A stretch of DNA of 64,000 bases, taken from NCBI GenBank assembly GCA_046349955.1, contig JAXMBI010000010.1, positions 102,319-166,318 on the forward strand. Direction: 5' to 3'. Shown here piece after piece: positions 28,986-39,079 of the stretch. Position 1 is the stretch's first letter; each line of letters starts with the position of its first letter. The DNA is from Pirellulales bacterium (GTDB lineage: Bacteria; Planctomycetota; Planctomycetia; Pirellulales; JBGAPH01). The translations under genes and the position numbers were made by a program. The notes beneath the pieces are model-generated. The model was not told the DNA's origin and ran no database searches. It worked only from the letters and a program-made list of their open reading frames with translations.

Positions 28986-29846
28986 TCATCGCCGCCTCAT
29001 CGCCGGCCAACAGCCCAGCACTGCCAGTGCGATCAGTAGCCAAGCGGCGGGTTCCGGCACGGCCGCCGGAGCCTGCCCGAAGTTCGCTTTGAGCAGACCG
29101 AAGTCGCTCAGATCGACCGCTCCGTTGCCGTCGAAGTCGCCCGCTGCCCAGCCTCCTGTGCCCCCGAAATGCGCCTTGAGCACGCCGAAGTCCGTCAGGT
29201 CGACGCTTCCATCGCGGCTGGTGTCGCCCGGCGTCAGTACGCGCAGGGTCAAGCTGGTCAGTTCGCTTCCGCTGATTACCCCCGCCGGGGGCAGCAGCGT
29301 CACCGTGCTTTGGTCGAAGCTGGCGGGCGATAGCGCCGTGTTCGTCGGCAACGCGTCGCTCGCGAAAACCGGGGCCGCCGAGAACGCGTTGAAGTCGGCG
29401 TGGAACGACACCGGCCCGCCGCCCAACTGCGGGAAGAACGTCGGAGCATGAATGTTCACGTCGAGCGCATGCACGGTCGTGAACGTGACGTGGATTTCGC
29501 TGCCGGTGGAATAATCCGTCGGGTCGTCGAGCGTGACGTTGTAGCTGCCCGCCTGATAGTGAAAGAAGTTGAGGGCAGGCGGCGCCCCGGTGTTCGTAAA
29601 CCTCCCGAAGGTCGGGTCGGCGGAGCCGGTCAACTCGGTGTCGCGGTCGGGCGCGTCCGTGTTGTAAACGAGCTCGAAGCTCCAAGGCGTGCCGGCGGGA
29701 ATCGTCGCCTCGTTGGTCGACGAGATCGTTCCGGTTACAGAAAGCGAAACGAAGCTCGCCCAACCCGTTTGGGGTGTAGCCTCGGCCACGGAGACCACCA
29801 AGGCAACAACCAGCCATCGAACGCTCAGCGGTATGTGGACGCGCAC
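28986..29846 (-). CDS. secreted protein with two dockerin/EF-hand-like loops and a PEP-CTERM anchor
   Basis: Signal peptide. Tail GDTSRDGSVDLTDFGVLKAHFG..GDFDGNGAVDLSDFGLLKANFG..VPEPAAWLLIALAVLGCWPAMRRR. Confidence 0.7.
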   Translation of the reverse strand: MRVHIPLSVRWLVVALVVSVAEATPQTGWASFVSLSVTGTISSTNEATIPAGTPWSFELVYNTDAPDRDTELTGSADPTFGRFTNTGAPPALNFFHYQAGSYNVTLDDPTDYSTGSEIHVTFTTVHALDVNIHAPTFFPQLGGGPVSFHADFNAFSAAPVFASDALPTNTALSPASFDQSTVTLLPPAGVISGSELTSLTLRVLTPGDTSRDGSVDLTDFGVLKAHFGGTGGWAAGDFDGNGAVDLSDFGLLKANFGQAPAAVPEPAAWLLIALAVLGCWPAMRRR

Positions 29847-29904
29847 AGTAGATGTTCCTCGAAGGAGCTTGCCGCCCTCAGCAGCTCGTCAACAAAATTC
29901 ATTC

Positions 29905-29969
29905 ACCACGGAGACACAGAGACACGGAGAAATCGCAACGGCTTCTCCGTGTCTCTGTGTCTCCGTGGT
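29905..29969 (-). terminator. perfect 27-bp stem hairpin (palindromic repeat family, locus 2), probable pyrC terminator
   Basis: ACCACGGAGACACAGAGACACGGAGAA-ATCGCAACGGC-TTCTCCGTGTCTCTGTGTCTCCGTGGT. It lies 22 nt downstream of the pyrC stop. On the minus strand it is followed by ..GAAUUUUGUU. Confidence 0.55.
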
Positions 29970-29990
29970 TCGAATCATACTAGCTGGTCG

Positions 29991-31313
29991 CTACACCCGG
30001 TGCTTCACTTTTCCCCCCACGATCACCGTGTCCGCACGCCCGGTCAGCTCCCAGCCGCCGAAGGGCATGTTGCGGCTCTTCGAGCGGAGGTTGTCGGCCG
30101 ACACGTGCCAACGGGCCTTAGGGTCGATGATCGTCACGTCGGCGTCGGCGCCCACGCGCAGGGTTCCTTTGTCGATGCCCAGGACCTTGGCCGGGTTGAT
30201 CGTCAGCTTCTCGAGCGCCGTCATCCAATCGAGCTTGCCCGGCTCGATGAGCTGCGTGACAACCAGGCCCAGCGCCGTCTCGAGCCCCAGAATGCCGAAG
30301 GGCGCCCGGTCGAGCTCTTGCATCTTCTTTTCCACGGCGTGCGGCGCGTGGTCGGTGCAGATCACCTCGATCGTGCCGTCTTGGAGTCCGGCGATGCAGG
30401 CCTCCACGTGTCGGCGACCCCGCAGTGGCGGGCTCATCTTGTAGTTCGAGTCGAACGATCGCAGGCATTCGTCGGTGAGCGTGAAGTGATGGGGGCAGAC
30501 CTCGGTCGTCACCCGCACTCCTCGGGCCTTGGCCTGCCGCACTAGCTCGATGCTGCCGGCGGTCGACACGTGCATCACATGGAGACGGCCGCCGGTCGCT
30601 TCGGCCAGCATGATGTCGCGGCTGGTCATCACGTCTTCGGCCTCGGCCGGCATGCCCGGCAGCCCGAGCACGAGCGACACGAGCCCCTCGTGCATCACGC
30701 CGCCGTGCGTGAGCTCGCGGACCTCGGCGTGGTTGAGAATCGGCTTGTCGAACATCAGGCAGTATTCGAACGCCCGCCGCATCAGCTCGGGGTTGAAGAC
30801 CGGCGCGCCGTCGTCGCTAAAGGCCACGGCCCCGGCTTGCACGAGTTGGCCAATCTCGGCGAGTTCCTTGCCTTCGCGGTTCTTGCTCACGCAGCCGACG
30901 ACGAACACATTGCAGTTGCCGGCCCGCTCGGCCTGATGCTGAATGAAGTTCACCGTGGCTTGGCTGTCGATCGGCGGCTCGGTGTTGGGGATGCAGGCGA
31001 TCGACGTGAAGCCCCCGGCGACGGCGGCCGCCGTGCCGGTGGCGATCGTCTCGTCTTCCTCGCGCCCCGGCTCGCGGAGATGGACGTGCATGTCGATCAG
31101 CCCCGGCGACACGATCTTGCCCGCCGCGTCGATCACCTGCTCGGCGCCGGAAGGCTGGGCGTCGTAGGCGGCCACGCGGCCGTCTTCGAGGAGCAGGTTC
31201 GTCGTGCGATCCAGCTTCTGGCTGGGATCGATCACGCGTCCGCCGACGATGAGAATGCGAGACGGGGTCAAGGCAGCTCCTTGGCTCGAGGGGCGGCCGC
31301 ACGTCTCAGACAA
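29991..31313 (-). CDS. pyrC: dihydroorotase
   Basis: GLIDMHVHLREPGREEDETI, FTSIACIPNTEP, HAEV, CTDHAPH. Confidence 0.9.
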   Translation of the reverse strand: MSETCGRPSSQGAALTPSRILIVGGRVIDPSQKLDRTTNLLLEDGRVAAYDAQPSGAEQVIDAAGKIVSPGLIDMHVHLREPGREEDETIATGTAAAVAGGFTSIACIPNTEPPIDSQATVNFIQHQAERAGNCNVFVVGCVSKNREGKELAEIGQLVQAGAVAFSDDGAPVFNPELMRRAFEYCLMFDKPILNHAEVRELTHGGVMHEGLVSLVLGLPGMPAEAEDVMTSRDIMLAEATGGRLHVMHVSTAGSIELVRQAKARGVRVTTEVCPHHFTLTDECLRSFDSNYKMSPPLRGRRHVEACIAGLQDGTIEVICTDHAPHAVEKKMQELDRAPFGILGLETALGLVVTQLIEPGKLDWMTALEKLTINPAKVLGIDKGTLRVGADADVTIIDPKARWHVSADNLRSKSRNMPFGGWELTGRADTVIVGGKVKHRV

Positions 31314-31400
31314 CCGGGGCGCGGCTCGCCGCCATCATAGCGTTTGAGGAGCGGCTTGTTGACAGGCTGGAGCGATCGACTTAGCTCGAAGAGCGGGCGC

Positions 31401-34172
31401 TCAGTCGACGCTGGCCGACAGATCGCTGTCTGCGAAGTCGTCGAAGGGGGCGGCTTCGTCCGACTTGGCAGCCCGGCCGTTGGCCGGCTTGGCCTTGGCG
31501 GTCTTGCGGGGGGCGGCCTTGGCGCTCGTCTTGGCCGCCTTCGGCTTGGCGTCGGGCGCCTTGCGCGCCGCCTTCTTGCGGGCAGGCTTCTTGGGGGGGC
31601 CCAGGGCGGCCCGCGCCGCCAGCAGCGTCAGCGCCTGCTCCATGGTCAGTTCTTCGGGGTCGGCGTCTTTGGGCAGCGACGCGTTGGTCACGCCGTCGGC
31701 GACGTAAAGCCCATAGCGCCCGCTGAAGAGCTGCACCTTGTTCTGCGTCACCGGCGACTCGCCAAACTCCTTGAGCGGCGCGCGAGCGGCGCCAAATCCC
31801 CGGCGGGCGGCCTTGGGCTGCGCGAGCAACTCGAGCGCCTGCGCGAGCGTGACGTCGATCGGCGAAAGCTCGCCCGGCAGAGAGCGAGTCTCGTCGCCTG
31901 ACTGCACGTAGGGTCCGAAGCGGCCGTTTTGGGCCACCACGGGTTTGCCTGATTCGGGGTGCGTACCCAGCGTGCGCGGCAGCGAAAGGAGCCGCAGCGC
32001 CGTAGCCAGGTCGACATCTTCCGGTTTCATGCCCTTCAGCAGCGAGGCGTTCTTCGGCTTCTCTTCGTCGTCGGGCGTGCCGCGCTGCACATAGGGTCCG
32101 AAGCGGCCGACCTTGAGATAGACCGGCTTGTTCGTCTCGGGGCAGTAGCCCAGGGGCTGATCCGACTGCGCGGCCTGCGCGAGCATCTCGAGCGCCTTCT
32201 CGAGCGTCATTTCGTCGGGAGGCGATTCGTCGGGCAGGCTGGCCTTGCGTTCGCCGTGCTCGAGGAAGGGTCCGTAGCGGCCCACCCGCACGAAGATGTC
32301 GTCGTTCGATCCTTCGGGGCGGCCGATGCGGATGCGGCTGATGTCGCGGGCATCGATCTGGTCGACCTTGTTGGCCAGTTCCTGCTTGAGCCCCGGCTTG
32401 CCGTTGCCAAAGTAGAAGCCCTGCAAGTATTCGACGTGGGCCCGCTCGCCGCGGCTGATGGCGTCGAGATCGTCTTCCATCTGGGCGGTGAAGCCATAGT
32501 CGACGAGATAGGCCAGATGCGACTCGAGCAACTGCACCACTGAAAACGCCAGCCAGGTGGGGACGAGCGCGTTCGACTTCTTGAAGACATACTCGCGGGC
32601 CAGGATCGTGTCGATGATCGAGGCGTAGGTGCTCGGCCGACCGATGCCCTTTTCCTCGAGGCCAGCCGTGAGGGTCGCTTCCGTGAAGCGGGCAGGCGGC
32701 TGCGTGGTGTGCGATTTGGCCTCGAGGGCCTCGCACCTTACATGGTCCCCCTTGGCGAGCGCCGGCAGCAAGGTTTCCTTGTCGGCTAACTCCGCCTGCG
32801 GATCATCAGAACCTTCGACGTAAGCCCGCAGGTAGCCGGGAAAGTCGATTGTCTTGCCGCTGACCCGAAAGATGGCGCCAGCGCCTTCGAGCGTGATCGT
32901 GATGCGGCGGCCGCGGCTATCGGACATTTGGCTGGCGATCGTGCGCTTCCAAATCAGGTCGAACAACTTGAACTCTTCGGCGCTGATCTTGCTGCGGAGC
33001 GCCTCAGGCAGTTCGAAGGGATGGCCCGCGGGACGGATCGCTTCGTGCGCCTCTTGGGCGTTCTTGACCTTGGTTTGGTAGACGCGCGGCGCGCTCGGCA
33101 GGTACTCGGCGCCATACTGCGACTTCACCAGGTCTCGGGCCGCCTCGACGGCCACGGAGGCGAGATTGGTCGAGTCGGTGCGCATGTAGGTGATGTGCCC
33201 GTTCTCATACAGGCTTTGCGCCACCTGCATCGTCCGCCGGGCCGTGAAGCCGAGTTTCCGGTTCGCTTCTTGTTGGAGCGTGCTGGTCGTAAAGGGCGCC
33301 TTCGGCTGGCTGTTGTAGGGCTTCTCTTCGACGTTTGTGACGCGGTACTCGCCCGACTTGAGCCGCTCGACCAGGGCTCTGGCCTGCTGCTCGTTGAGCA
33401 GCAGCAGCGAGGGGTCCTTGATCTTGCCGGTGGCCGTGTCGAAATCGCCGCTCGACGGGACTTTGCGGCCGTCAACCGATACTAGGCCGGCTTCAAACTT
33501 TTGATCGCCGGCCTTGGCGAAACGGCCGAGCAGATCCCACCAGGTGGCTGAGACGAAGGCCATCCGCTGACGTTCGCGGTCGACGATCATCCGCACCGCC
33601 ACGCTCTGCACGCGGCCGGCGGACAGCCGCGGCCGGACCTTGCGCCACAGCAGCGGCGACACCTCGTAGCCGTAGAGCCGGTCGACGATGCGGCGCGCCT
33701 CTTGGGCCCGCACCAGCGAGTCGTCGATCTGGCGGGGGCTCGAGATCGCCGCTTCGATCGCTTCGCGGGTGATCTCGTGGAACACCAGGCGGCGGACGGG
33801 GACCTTGGGCTTGAGCACCTCGCAGAGGTGCCAGCTAATGGCTTCTCCCTCGCGATCTTCGTCCGTCGCCAGCAGCAGTTCGGCTGCGTCGTCGAGCAAC
33901 CCCTTGAGCTTCTTGACCTGCTCCGACTTGCCAGGGGAGACGACGTAGATGGGATCGAAGCCCTGGTCGACGTTGACCCCTAGATGCGCCCAGCTTTCGC
34001 CCTTGAACTTGGCCGGCACCTGCTTGGCGCCCTGGGGCAGATCGCGGATGTGGCCGATGCTGGCCTCGACCTTATAGCCGGGGCCGAGGAACTTGCCGAT
34101 CGTCTTCGCCTTGGCAGGTGACTCCACGATCACCAGGGTGTCGCCATTCTTGGCTGCGGTTTTCTTTGCCAT
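31401..34172 (-). CDS. topA: DNA topoisomerase I (type IA) with GRFGPYV-type C-terminal repeats and a Lys/Ala-rich tail
   Basis: Toprim LVIVESPAKAKTIGKFLG. Active-site region GHITYMRTDS. Four G(R)(F/Y)GP(Y/F)(V/L) repeats. Tail KKPARKKAARKAPDAKPKAAK. Confidence 0.95.
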   Translation of the reverse strand: MAKKTAAKNGDTLVIVESPAKAKTIGKFLGPGYKVEASIGHIRDLPQGAKQVPAKFKGESWAHLGVNVDQGFDPIYVVSPGKSEQVKKLKGLLDDAAELLLATDEDREGEAISWHLCEVLKPKVPVRRLVFHEITREAIEAAISSPRQIDDSLVRAQEARRIVDRLYGYEVSPLLWRKVRPRLSAGRVQSVAVRMIVDRERQRMAFVSATWWDLLGRFAKAGDQKFEAGLVSVDGRKVPSSGDFDTATGKIKDPSLLLLNEQQARALVERLKSGEYRVTNVEEKPYNSQPKAPFTTSTLQQEANRKLGFTARRTMQVAQSLYENGHITYMRTDSTNLASVAVEAARDLVKSQYGAEYLPSAPRVYQTKVKNAQEAHEAIRPAGHPFELPEALRSKISAEEFKLFDLIWKRTIASQMSDSRGRRITITLEGAGAIFRVSGKTIDFPGYLRAYVEGSDDPQAELADKETLLPALAKGDHVRCEALEAKSHTTQPPARFTEATLTAGLEEKGIGRPSTYASIIDTILAREYVFKKSNALVPTWLAFSVVQLLESHLAYLVDYGFTAQMEDDLDAISRGERAHVEYLQGFYFGNGKPGLKQELANKVDQIDARDISRIRIGRPEGSNDDIFVRVGRYGPFLEHGERKASLPDESPPDEMTLEKALEMLAQAAQSDQPLGYCPETNKPVYLKVGRFGPYVQRGTPDDEEKPKNASLLKGMKPEDVDLATALRLLSLPRTLGTHPESGKPVVAQNGRFGPYVQSGDETRSLPGELSPIDVTLAQALELLAQPKAARRGFGAARAPLKEFGESPVTQNKVQLFSGRYGLYVADGVTNASLPKDADPEELTMEQALTLLAARAALGPPKKPARKKAARKAPDAKPKAAKTSAKAAPRKTAKAKPANGRAAKSDEAAPFDDFADSDLSASVD

Positions 34173-34571
34173 AGGAGCCGACCGTCACAGTGTGGGATAA
34201 TTGGGTAATGTGCGAAGTTAGTATCAGGTGCTGGCCAGCCCGTTCCGCAATGGCTTGCCGGAGCGTGCTACGACCGGCTCACCTCGGCCGACCTGACTTA
34301 CCGCCGCCGAAGGGCCCACAAGACGCGTAGAATCGTTGCGACGTGTTCGGATTACGGCCGCGGCGGCGACCGATCGAAACCGAGTCCGACGCGCTGCCAG
34401 GCCGCTGAATCTGCCGACACTCCTTTTTGGCATTGCGTTTACGTCGATTCCGACTAAAATCGTCGACTTCGCTTGGGCCAGATCGGACCCACTCAATAAT
34501 ACTGGCGGCGCTGGGCTGTCAAGCCTTCTCGGTCCGCCCTCTCGAGCCGATTACGCAAGGATTGACGCCCC

Positions 34572-36989
34572 ATGGCTAGCCCATTTTCCGTGTTTCGCCG
34601 GCATCAACGGGCCATGCTGGCCGCTTGCGCCATCCTGGCGATGATCGCGTTCGTATTCCTCGGACCGATCATGGACTACTTTGGCGGCCGAGGGGGCCAA
34701 TCGCAGGCGAACCCCGTGGTGGTCACTTGGAATCACGGCGACCTGCGGGAGAGCCAGATGCTCTACCTGATGTCGCTGGCGAACGCCACGAATCAGTTTC
34801 TCGAGATGGCCTATCGCACGGCCGAGGCCTCGGGCGCCACTCCCGAACGGCCCCTGTTGATCAACGTGTCGGAGCAGTCCGTCGTGCAGACGAGCGTGCT
34901 CTCGAAAGAGGCCGAGAAGCAAGGCATGGTGATGAGCGACGGCATGATCAATGCCTACTTGCGCCGGATCACCGCCAACGCGGTCAACGCCGAGCAGTTC
35001 AACGAGATCCTCGGCCAGGTCTCGGTGGCCAACCGCAAGGCGACGATGCAAAACATCTTCGACGAACTCCGCCGCCGTCTGCTCTCGCAACAAATGGTGC
35101 GGCTCTATGAGTCGTGGTCCTATGGCGTGCCCCCCGGCGAGCGTTGGAGCTACTTTCTCAAGCTGAACCAGCAGGCGCTCGTCGATGTCGTGCCGGTGAC
35201 GGCCGAAAGCCAACTGTCGCAGGTCCGTGAGCCGACGAACGAAGAGGTGCTGGCGCTCTACGAGCGCTACAAGAACGTGATCAGCCGGCCTGTGCTCGTC
35301 TCCGGCACGCCGCTCACCCCGCCGAACCCCGGTTTCCGTCAGCCGGCTCGGGCGCAGTACCAGTACTTCAAGGCGAACTTCGACGAGTTCGTGCAGGTGG
35401 CCAAGGCCCAGATCACCGACGCGGAGATCGAGAAGTACTACAACGAAAACAAGTCGCTGTTCCCCGCCGGCTCGTCGGCCTTCCTCGAGGAGCCCGAGGC
35501 CGCCCCGAGCGGCGAACGGCCGGCCGATGGCAAAGCCGAGACGCCGGCCGACGCCGCCCCCGATCCGTTCGCCCCCGCCGGCGACGCCAAGACCGAGACG
35601 CCGGCCGACGCGCCCAAAGCAGACTCCAGCGCGACCGCCGAACCCAAAGCAGACGCGCCCGCATCCGACACTCCGGCCGCTCCGCCGACCAGCGAGACGC
35701 CCCCCCCGGTCGAGCCGAAGACGGAGGCCGCTCCCCCCGCGGCGCCCCCAACCGAAACCCCTCCGGCGCCCGACCAGAGTTCGCTCTTGCCCCCAGCTTG
35801 GCGCCCGCGAATGCTGTCGACGCTGACAGGCATTGCGCTCGTGGCCCTGCAGGCCGAGCCGCCAAAGGCCGACGCTGCGGCGCCCGCTTCGCAACCTGCT
35901 GCGCCTCCTGCCGGGACGAGTACAACACCGCCTGCCGCGACGGCGACGGACAACCCAGTTCCCCCACCGCTGCTCGCCGATCCAGCGGCCGCCGCCAGCG
36001 CGGTGACCCCCGAGCCGCTCGAGAAGGTGCGCAACACCATCCGCGAGCGACTTGCCCGAGAGCGCGCGGCAGGGGAGATCAACCGGATCTTCAGCCAGAT
36101 CGAGGAGGTGTTGAATCGGTACTCGAGCGAGTTCGTCCTCTGGCAAACCACGCAGCAAGACGGCGGCAAGGTGCCCCCGCCCACGCCCCCCGATTTCGAC
36201 GCCTTGGGCCTGAAGTACGGCGTGGCGGCCGTGACCCTGAATCCGATGTCGGGGCTGGAACTCGATCGCGACACCGATCTCGGCAAGTCTTACGACCTGC
36301 GCGAGGTGCAGGGCTTTCCCATGCGGGGCCAGGCCTTCTTGACTCTGACTTTCGGTCCCACCTTTCCCGTGTTTCGCCTGGTTCGCACCACCGATGATGA
36401 TCAGAACCAGTTCTTGGCCTGGAAGACCGCCAACATGGCGGACTACACGCCGCCGCTCGATAAGATCCGCGGCGACGTGGTTCGCGCCTGGAAGCTCATC
36501 GAGGCGCGGGAATTCGTGCGCAAGCGGGCCGATTCGTTGGCCGACCGCGCACGTCAGGACAAAGACAAGACCATGCGGCAAACGCTGAGCGCCGAGCCGG
36601 GCGTGGAAGTCATCGAACCCGACCCGTTCACTTGGCTGACGACGGGAAGCGTGCCCTTCGACATGTCGAACATGCAGGCTGCGCGGTTGACGCCCATCAC
36701 CCAGCTCAACAACGCAGGTCCGGAGTTCATGCAGAAGGTCTTCTCCCTCAAGGAAGGGGAGATCGGTGTGGCCTGGAACTTTCCGCAGAGCGTGATGTAC
36801 GTCATCCAGCTCAAGAAGTTCGAAGAGTCGGAGGCGGTGCTGCATGCCCGCTTCATGTCGTACAACTTCGAGCGCTACGCCGCGGCCGGCCTGGACCTGA
36901 GCGAGAAGATGCAGCAGCGTTGGCTGGGCATGATTCAAGCCGAGCAAGGCCTGAAGTGGGAGCGGCCGCCGCACAACGCAGTGCGCTAA
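34572..36989 (+). CDS. PpiD/SurA-like periplasmic chaperone (membrane-anchored) with a long Pro/Ala/Thr/Glu-rich insert
   Basis: N-terminal anchor MLAACAILAMIAFVFLG followed by a SurA-N-like region. Parvulin-like C-terminal pattern FSLKEGEIGVAWNFPQSVMYVIQL. Low-complexity segment ~35470-36000. Confidence 0.5.
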   Translation: MASPFSVFRRHQRAMLAACAILAMIAFVFLGPIMDYFGGRGGQSQANPVVVTWNHGDLRESQMLYLMSLANATNQFLEMAYRTAEASGATPERPLLINVSEQSVVQTSVLSKEAEKQGMVMSDGMINAYLRRITANAVNAEQFNEILGQVSVANRKATMQNIFDELRRRLLSQQMVRLYESWSYGVPPGERWSYFLKLNQQALVDVVPVTAESQLSQVREPTNEEVLALYERYKNVISRPVLVSGTPLTPPNPGFRQPARAQYQYFKANFDEFVQVAKAQITDAEIEKYYNENKSLFPAGSSAFLEEPEAAPSGERPADGKAETPADAAPDPFAPAGDAKTETPADAPKADSSATAEPKADAPASDTPAAPPTSETPPPVEPKTEAAPPAAPPTETPPAPDQSSLLPPAWRPRMLSTLTGIALVALQAEPPKADAAAPASQPAAPPAGTSTTPPAATATDNPVPPPLLADPAAAASAVTPEPLEKVRNTIRERLARERAAGEINRIFSQIEEVLNRYSSEFVLWQTTQQDGGKVPPPTPPDFDALGLKYGVAAVTLNPMSGLELDRDTDLGKSYDLREVQGFPMRGQAFLTLTFGPTFPVFRLVRTTDDDQNQFLAWKTANMADYTPPLDKIRGDVVRAWKLIEAREFVRKRADSLADRARQDKDKTMRQTLSAEPGVEVIEPDPFTWLTTGSVPFDMSNMQAARLTPITQLNNAGPEFMQKVFSLKEGEIGVAWNFPQSVMYVIQLKKFEESEAVLHARFMSYNFERYAAAGLDLSEKMQQRWLGMIQAEQGLKWERPPHNAVR

Positions 36990-37038
36990 CCGACGACGCC
37001 GGGCAGCCGCTGCGGCGGCCCTGATTCCGGAAGTGCGT

Positions 37039-39051
37039 TTAGGCCCTCAGTTCCGCGCCGAGTTCGCTCCGGCAGGCCGCCACGATGCGGTCGCGGGCTT
37101 CATCGACCGTTTGGCTCGTGAGGGTGCCTTCGGTATCGCGGAAGTGGGCCGAGAGCAGCAGGCTCTTCTTGCCGGGCCCGAGCCGCTTGGCGTCGCGGTA
37201 GAGTTCTTGGAAGGCGAGCGTCTCGAGCTTCGCGCCGGCCGCCTTGCGCACCACGGCCTCGAGCGCCGCCCAACGCACGGCCTCGTCGACCACGAAGTTC
37301 AGGTCGCGCGAGACGGCCGGATAGGCCGCGAGCGATTGTGCCTGCGCGGTGCGTTGCAGGGCGACGAGCGGCTCCAGCCGCACCTCGGCGACCGCGGCCG
37401 GCGAACGCAGGCCGAAGCGTTCGAGCCCCGCGGCCGAGACTTCGCCGAGCACGCCCCACCGTTCGCCGCTCAGCCGCAACTCTGCCCCCTTGCCTGGCGC
37501 GAACAGCTCGTGCCGCAGTTCGCCGAGTTCGAATTTCTGTGCGGGATCGATGGCCGCCAGCACGGCCTCGAGAATCCCTTTCGCGCGGAAGAAGCCGCCG
37601 CCCGTCGTAATCCCGAGCAACAACTCTTCGCGCGGCAAGCCGCTCGCCTGCGGCAGATAGGCCCGCGCCGTCTCGAACAGCTCGACCACCAGGTTGGCCA
37701 CGGCCTCGTTCACCTTGCGAGCGGCGAGCAAACTGGGAACCAAGCTCGTGCGGAGCCGATCGGCGCCGCGCAGGAGCGGCATCGAGCTCGTGAGCGCTGG
37801 CTGGTCGGTCCACGGGCTAAAGCTCTCGGTCCAGGCGGCTTCCACAATGCTCACGGTAAGCGCCTCGTCGCAGCCGGCGGCCGTGAGCGCGTGGCGCACC
37901 TTGCCGACCGCGCGATCGAGCGGCGTGCGATGCGATGGGGCCATCGGCACGCGGGCATCCTCGGGGATCGCCTCGTAGCCATGGATGCGGGCGACCTCTT
38001 CCACGAGGTCGATCTCGCGCGAAATGTCGCGGCGCCAACTCGGCGGCGTTACCGTGATCGACTTTGCGTCCGACTTCTCGAGCTTGTTGCCGAGCGCGAG
38101 CAGAATGCGGCGCACTTCGGCGGCGTCGATCTCGATGCCCAAGATCCGCGGCAGTTGCGCGAGCCGCAGGATCACCGGCTCGCGGGCAGCGGGCTGACGG
38201 CCCGCGTCGAGCACGCCTGCCGCGAGCGTTCCGCCGCAGAGCTCGAGGATCAGTTCGCAGCAGCGGCGGCTGGCCCAGTCGACGCCTTCCGGATCAACGC
38301 CTCGCTCGAAGCGGTACGACGAATCGCTCTTCAGGTTCAGCTTGCGGGCCGTCGTGCGGATCGAAAGCGGATCGAACTCGGCGCTCTCGATCAGCAGTTC
38401 CGTGGTGCCTACGGACACCTCGCTGTCGGCCCCGCCCATCACTCCGCCCAGGGCGACTGCCCGCTCGGCATCGGCGATCACGCACATGCCGGGCTCGAGG
38501 TCGTAGCTCTTGTGATTGATCGCGAGGAACTTCTCGCCGGCCTTGGCCTCGCGGACGATGATCTGCCGGCCGGCCAGCTTGGCCAGATCGAAGGCGTGCA
38601 GCGGCTGGCCGCACTCCATGAGCACGTAGTTCGTGATGTCGACGACGTTGTTCACCGGCGCCTGGCCGATCGTCTGCAGCCGCTCGGCCAGCCAGCGCGG
38701 GCTAGGGCTGACCTTCGCGCCGCGGATCACGCGGGCGGTGTAGCGCGGGCAGAGCTTGGGGCAATCGAGTCGAAGCTGCGCGAACTGCGCCACCGAAGGG
38801 CCGCCGGCCCTGGGATTGGCCGTCGGCAGCTTGAGCTCCTGGCCAAACAGCACGGCCGCCTCGCGGGCGATGCCCAGGTGCCCCAGGCAATCGGGCCGGT
38901 TGCTCGTGACCTCGAGATCGATCGCCACATCCTCGCCGACGCGCTCGCTGCTCTCATGATTGAGCCCCGCCATCATGAGCCGCTCGGCCAGCCGCTCAGG
39001 CGACATCTCGAGATTCAGGTAATCCGCGAGCCACTTCCAGGAGACGATCAT
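37039..39051 (-). CDS. pheT: phenylalanine--tRNA ligase beta subunit
   Basis: MIVSWKWLADYLNLEMSPERLAERLMMAGLNHE, B3/4 and B5 regions, C-terminal anticodon-binding-like end. 670 aa. Confidence 0.9.
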   Translation of the reverse strand: MIVSWKWLADYLNLEMSPERLAERLMMAGLNHESSERVGEDVAIDLEVTSNRPDCLGHLGIAREAAVLFGQELKLPTANPRAGGPSVAQFAQLRLDCPKLCPRYTARVIRGAKVSPSPRWLAERLQTIGQAPVNNVVDITNYVLMECGQPLHAFDLAKLAGRQIIVREAKAGEKFLAINHKSYDLEPGMCVIADAERAVALGGVMGGADSEVSVGTTELLIESAEFDPLSIRTTARKLNLKSDSSYRFERGVDPEGVDWASRRCCELILELCGGTLAAGVLDAGRQPAAREPVILRLAQLPRILGIEIDAAEVRRILLALGNKLEKSDAKSITVTPPSWRRDISREIDLVEEVARIHGYEAIPEDARVPMAPSHRTPLDRAVGKVRHALTAAGCDEALTVSIVEAAWTESFSPWTDQPALTSSMPLLRGADRLRTSLVPSLLAARKVNEAVANLVVELFETARAYLPQASGLPREELLLGITTGGGFFRAKGILEAVLAAIDPAQKFELGELRHELFAPGKGAELRLSGERWGVLGEVSAAGLERFGLRSPAAVAEVRLEPLVALQRTAQAQSLAAYPAVSRDLNFVVDEAVRWAALEAVVRKAAGAKLETLAFQELYRDAKRLGPGKKSLLLSAHFRDTEGTLTSQTVDEARDRIVAACRSELGAELRA

Positions 39052-39079
39052 CAGGTTCGCTTCGCGTTAGGTCTTGTTC

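Noticed and set aside
29960-29980. GGTTCGAATC, a T-loop-like motif
   Set aside because: It is simply the 3' flank of the 27-bp palindrome. There is no complementary T-stem, acceptor stem or anticodon arm nearby.
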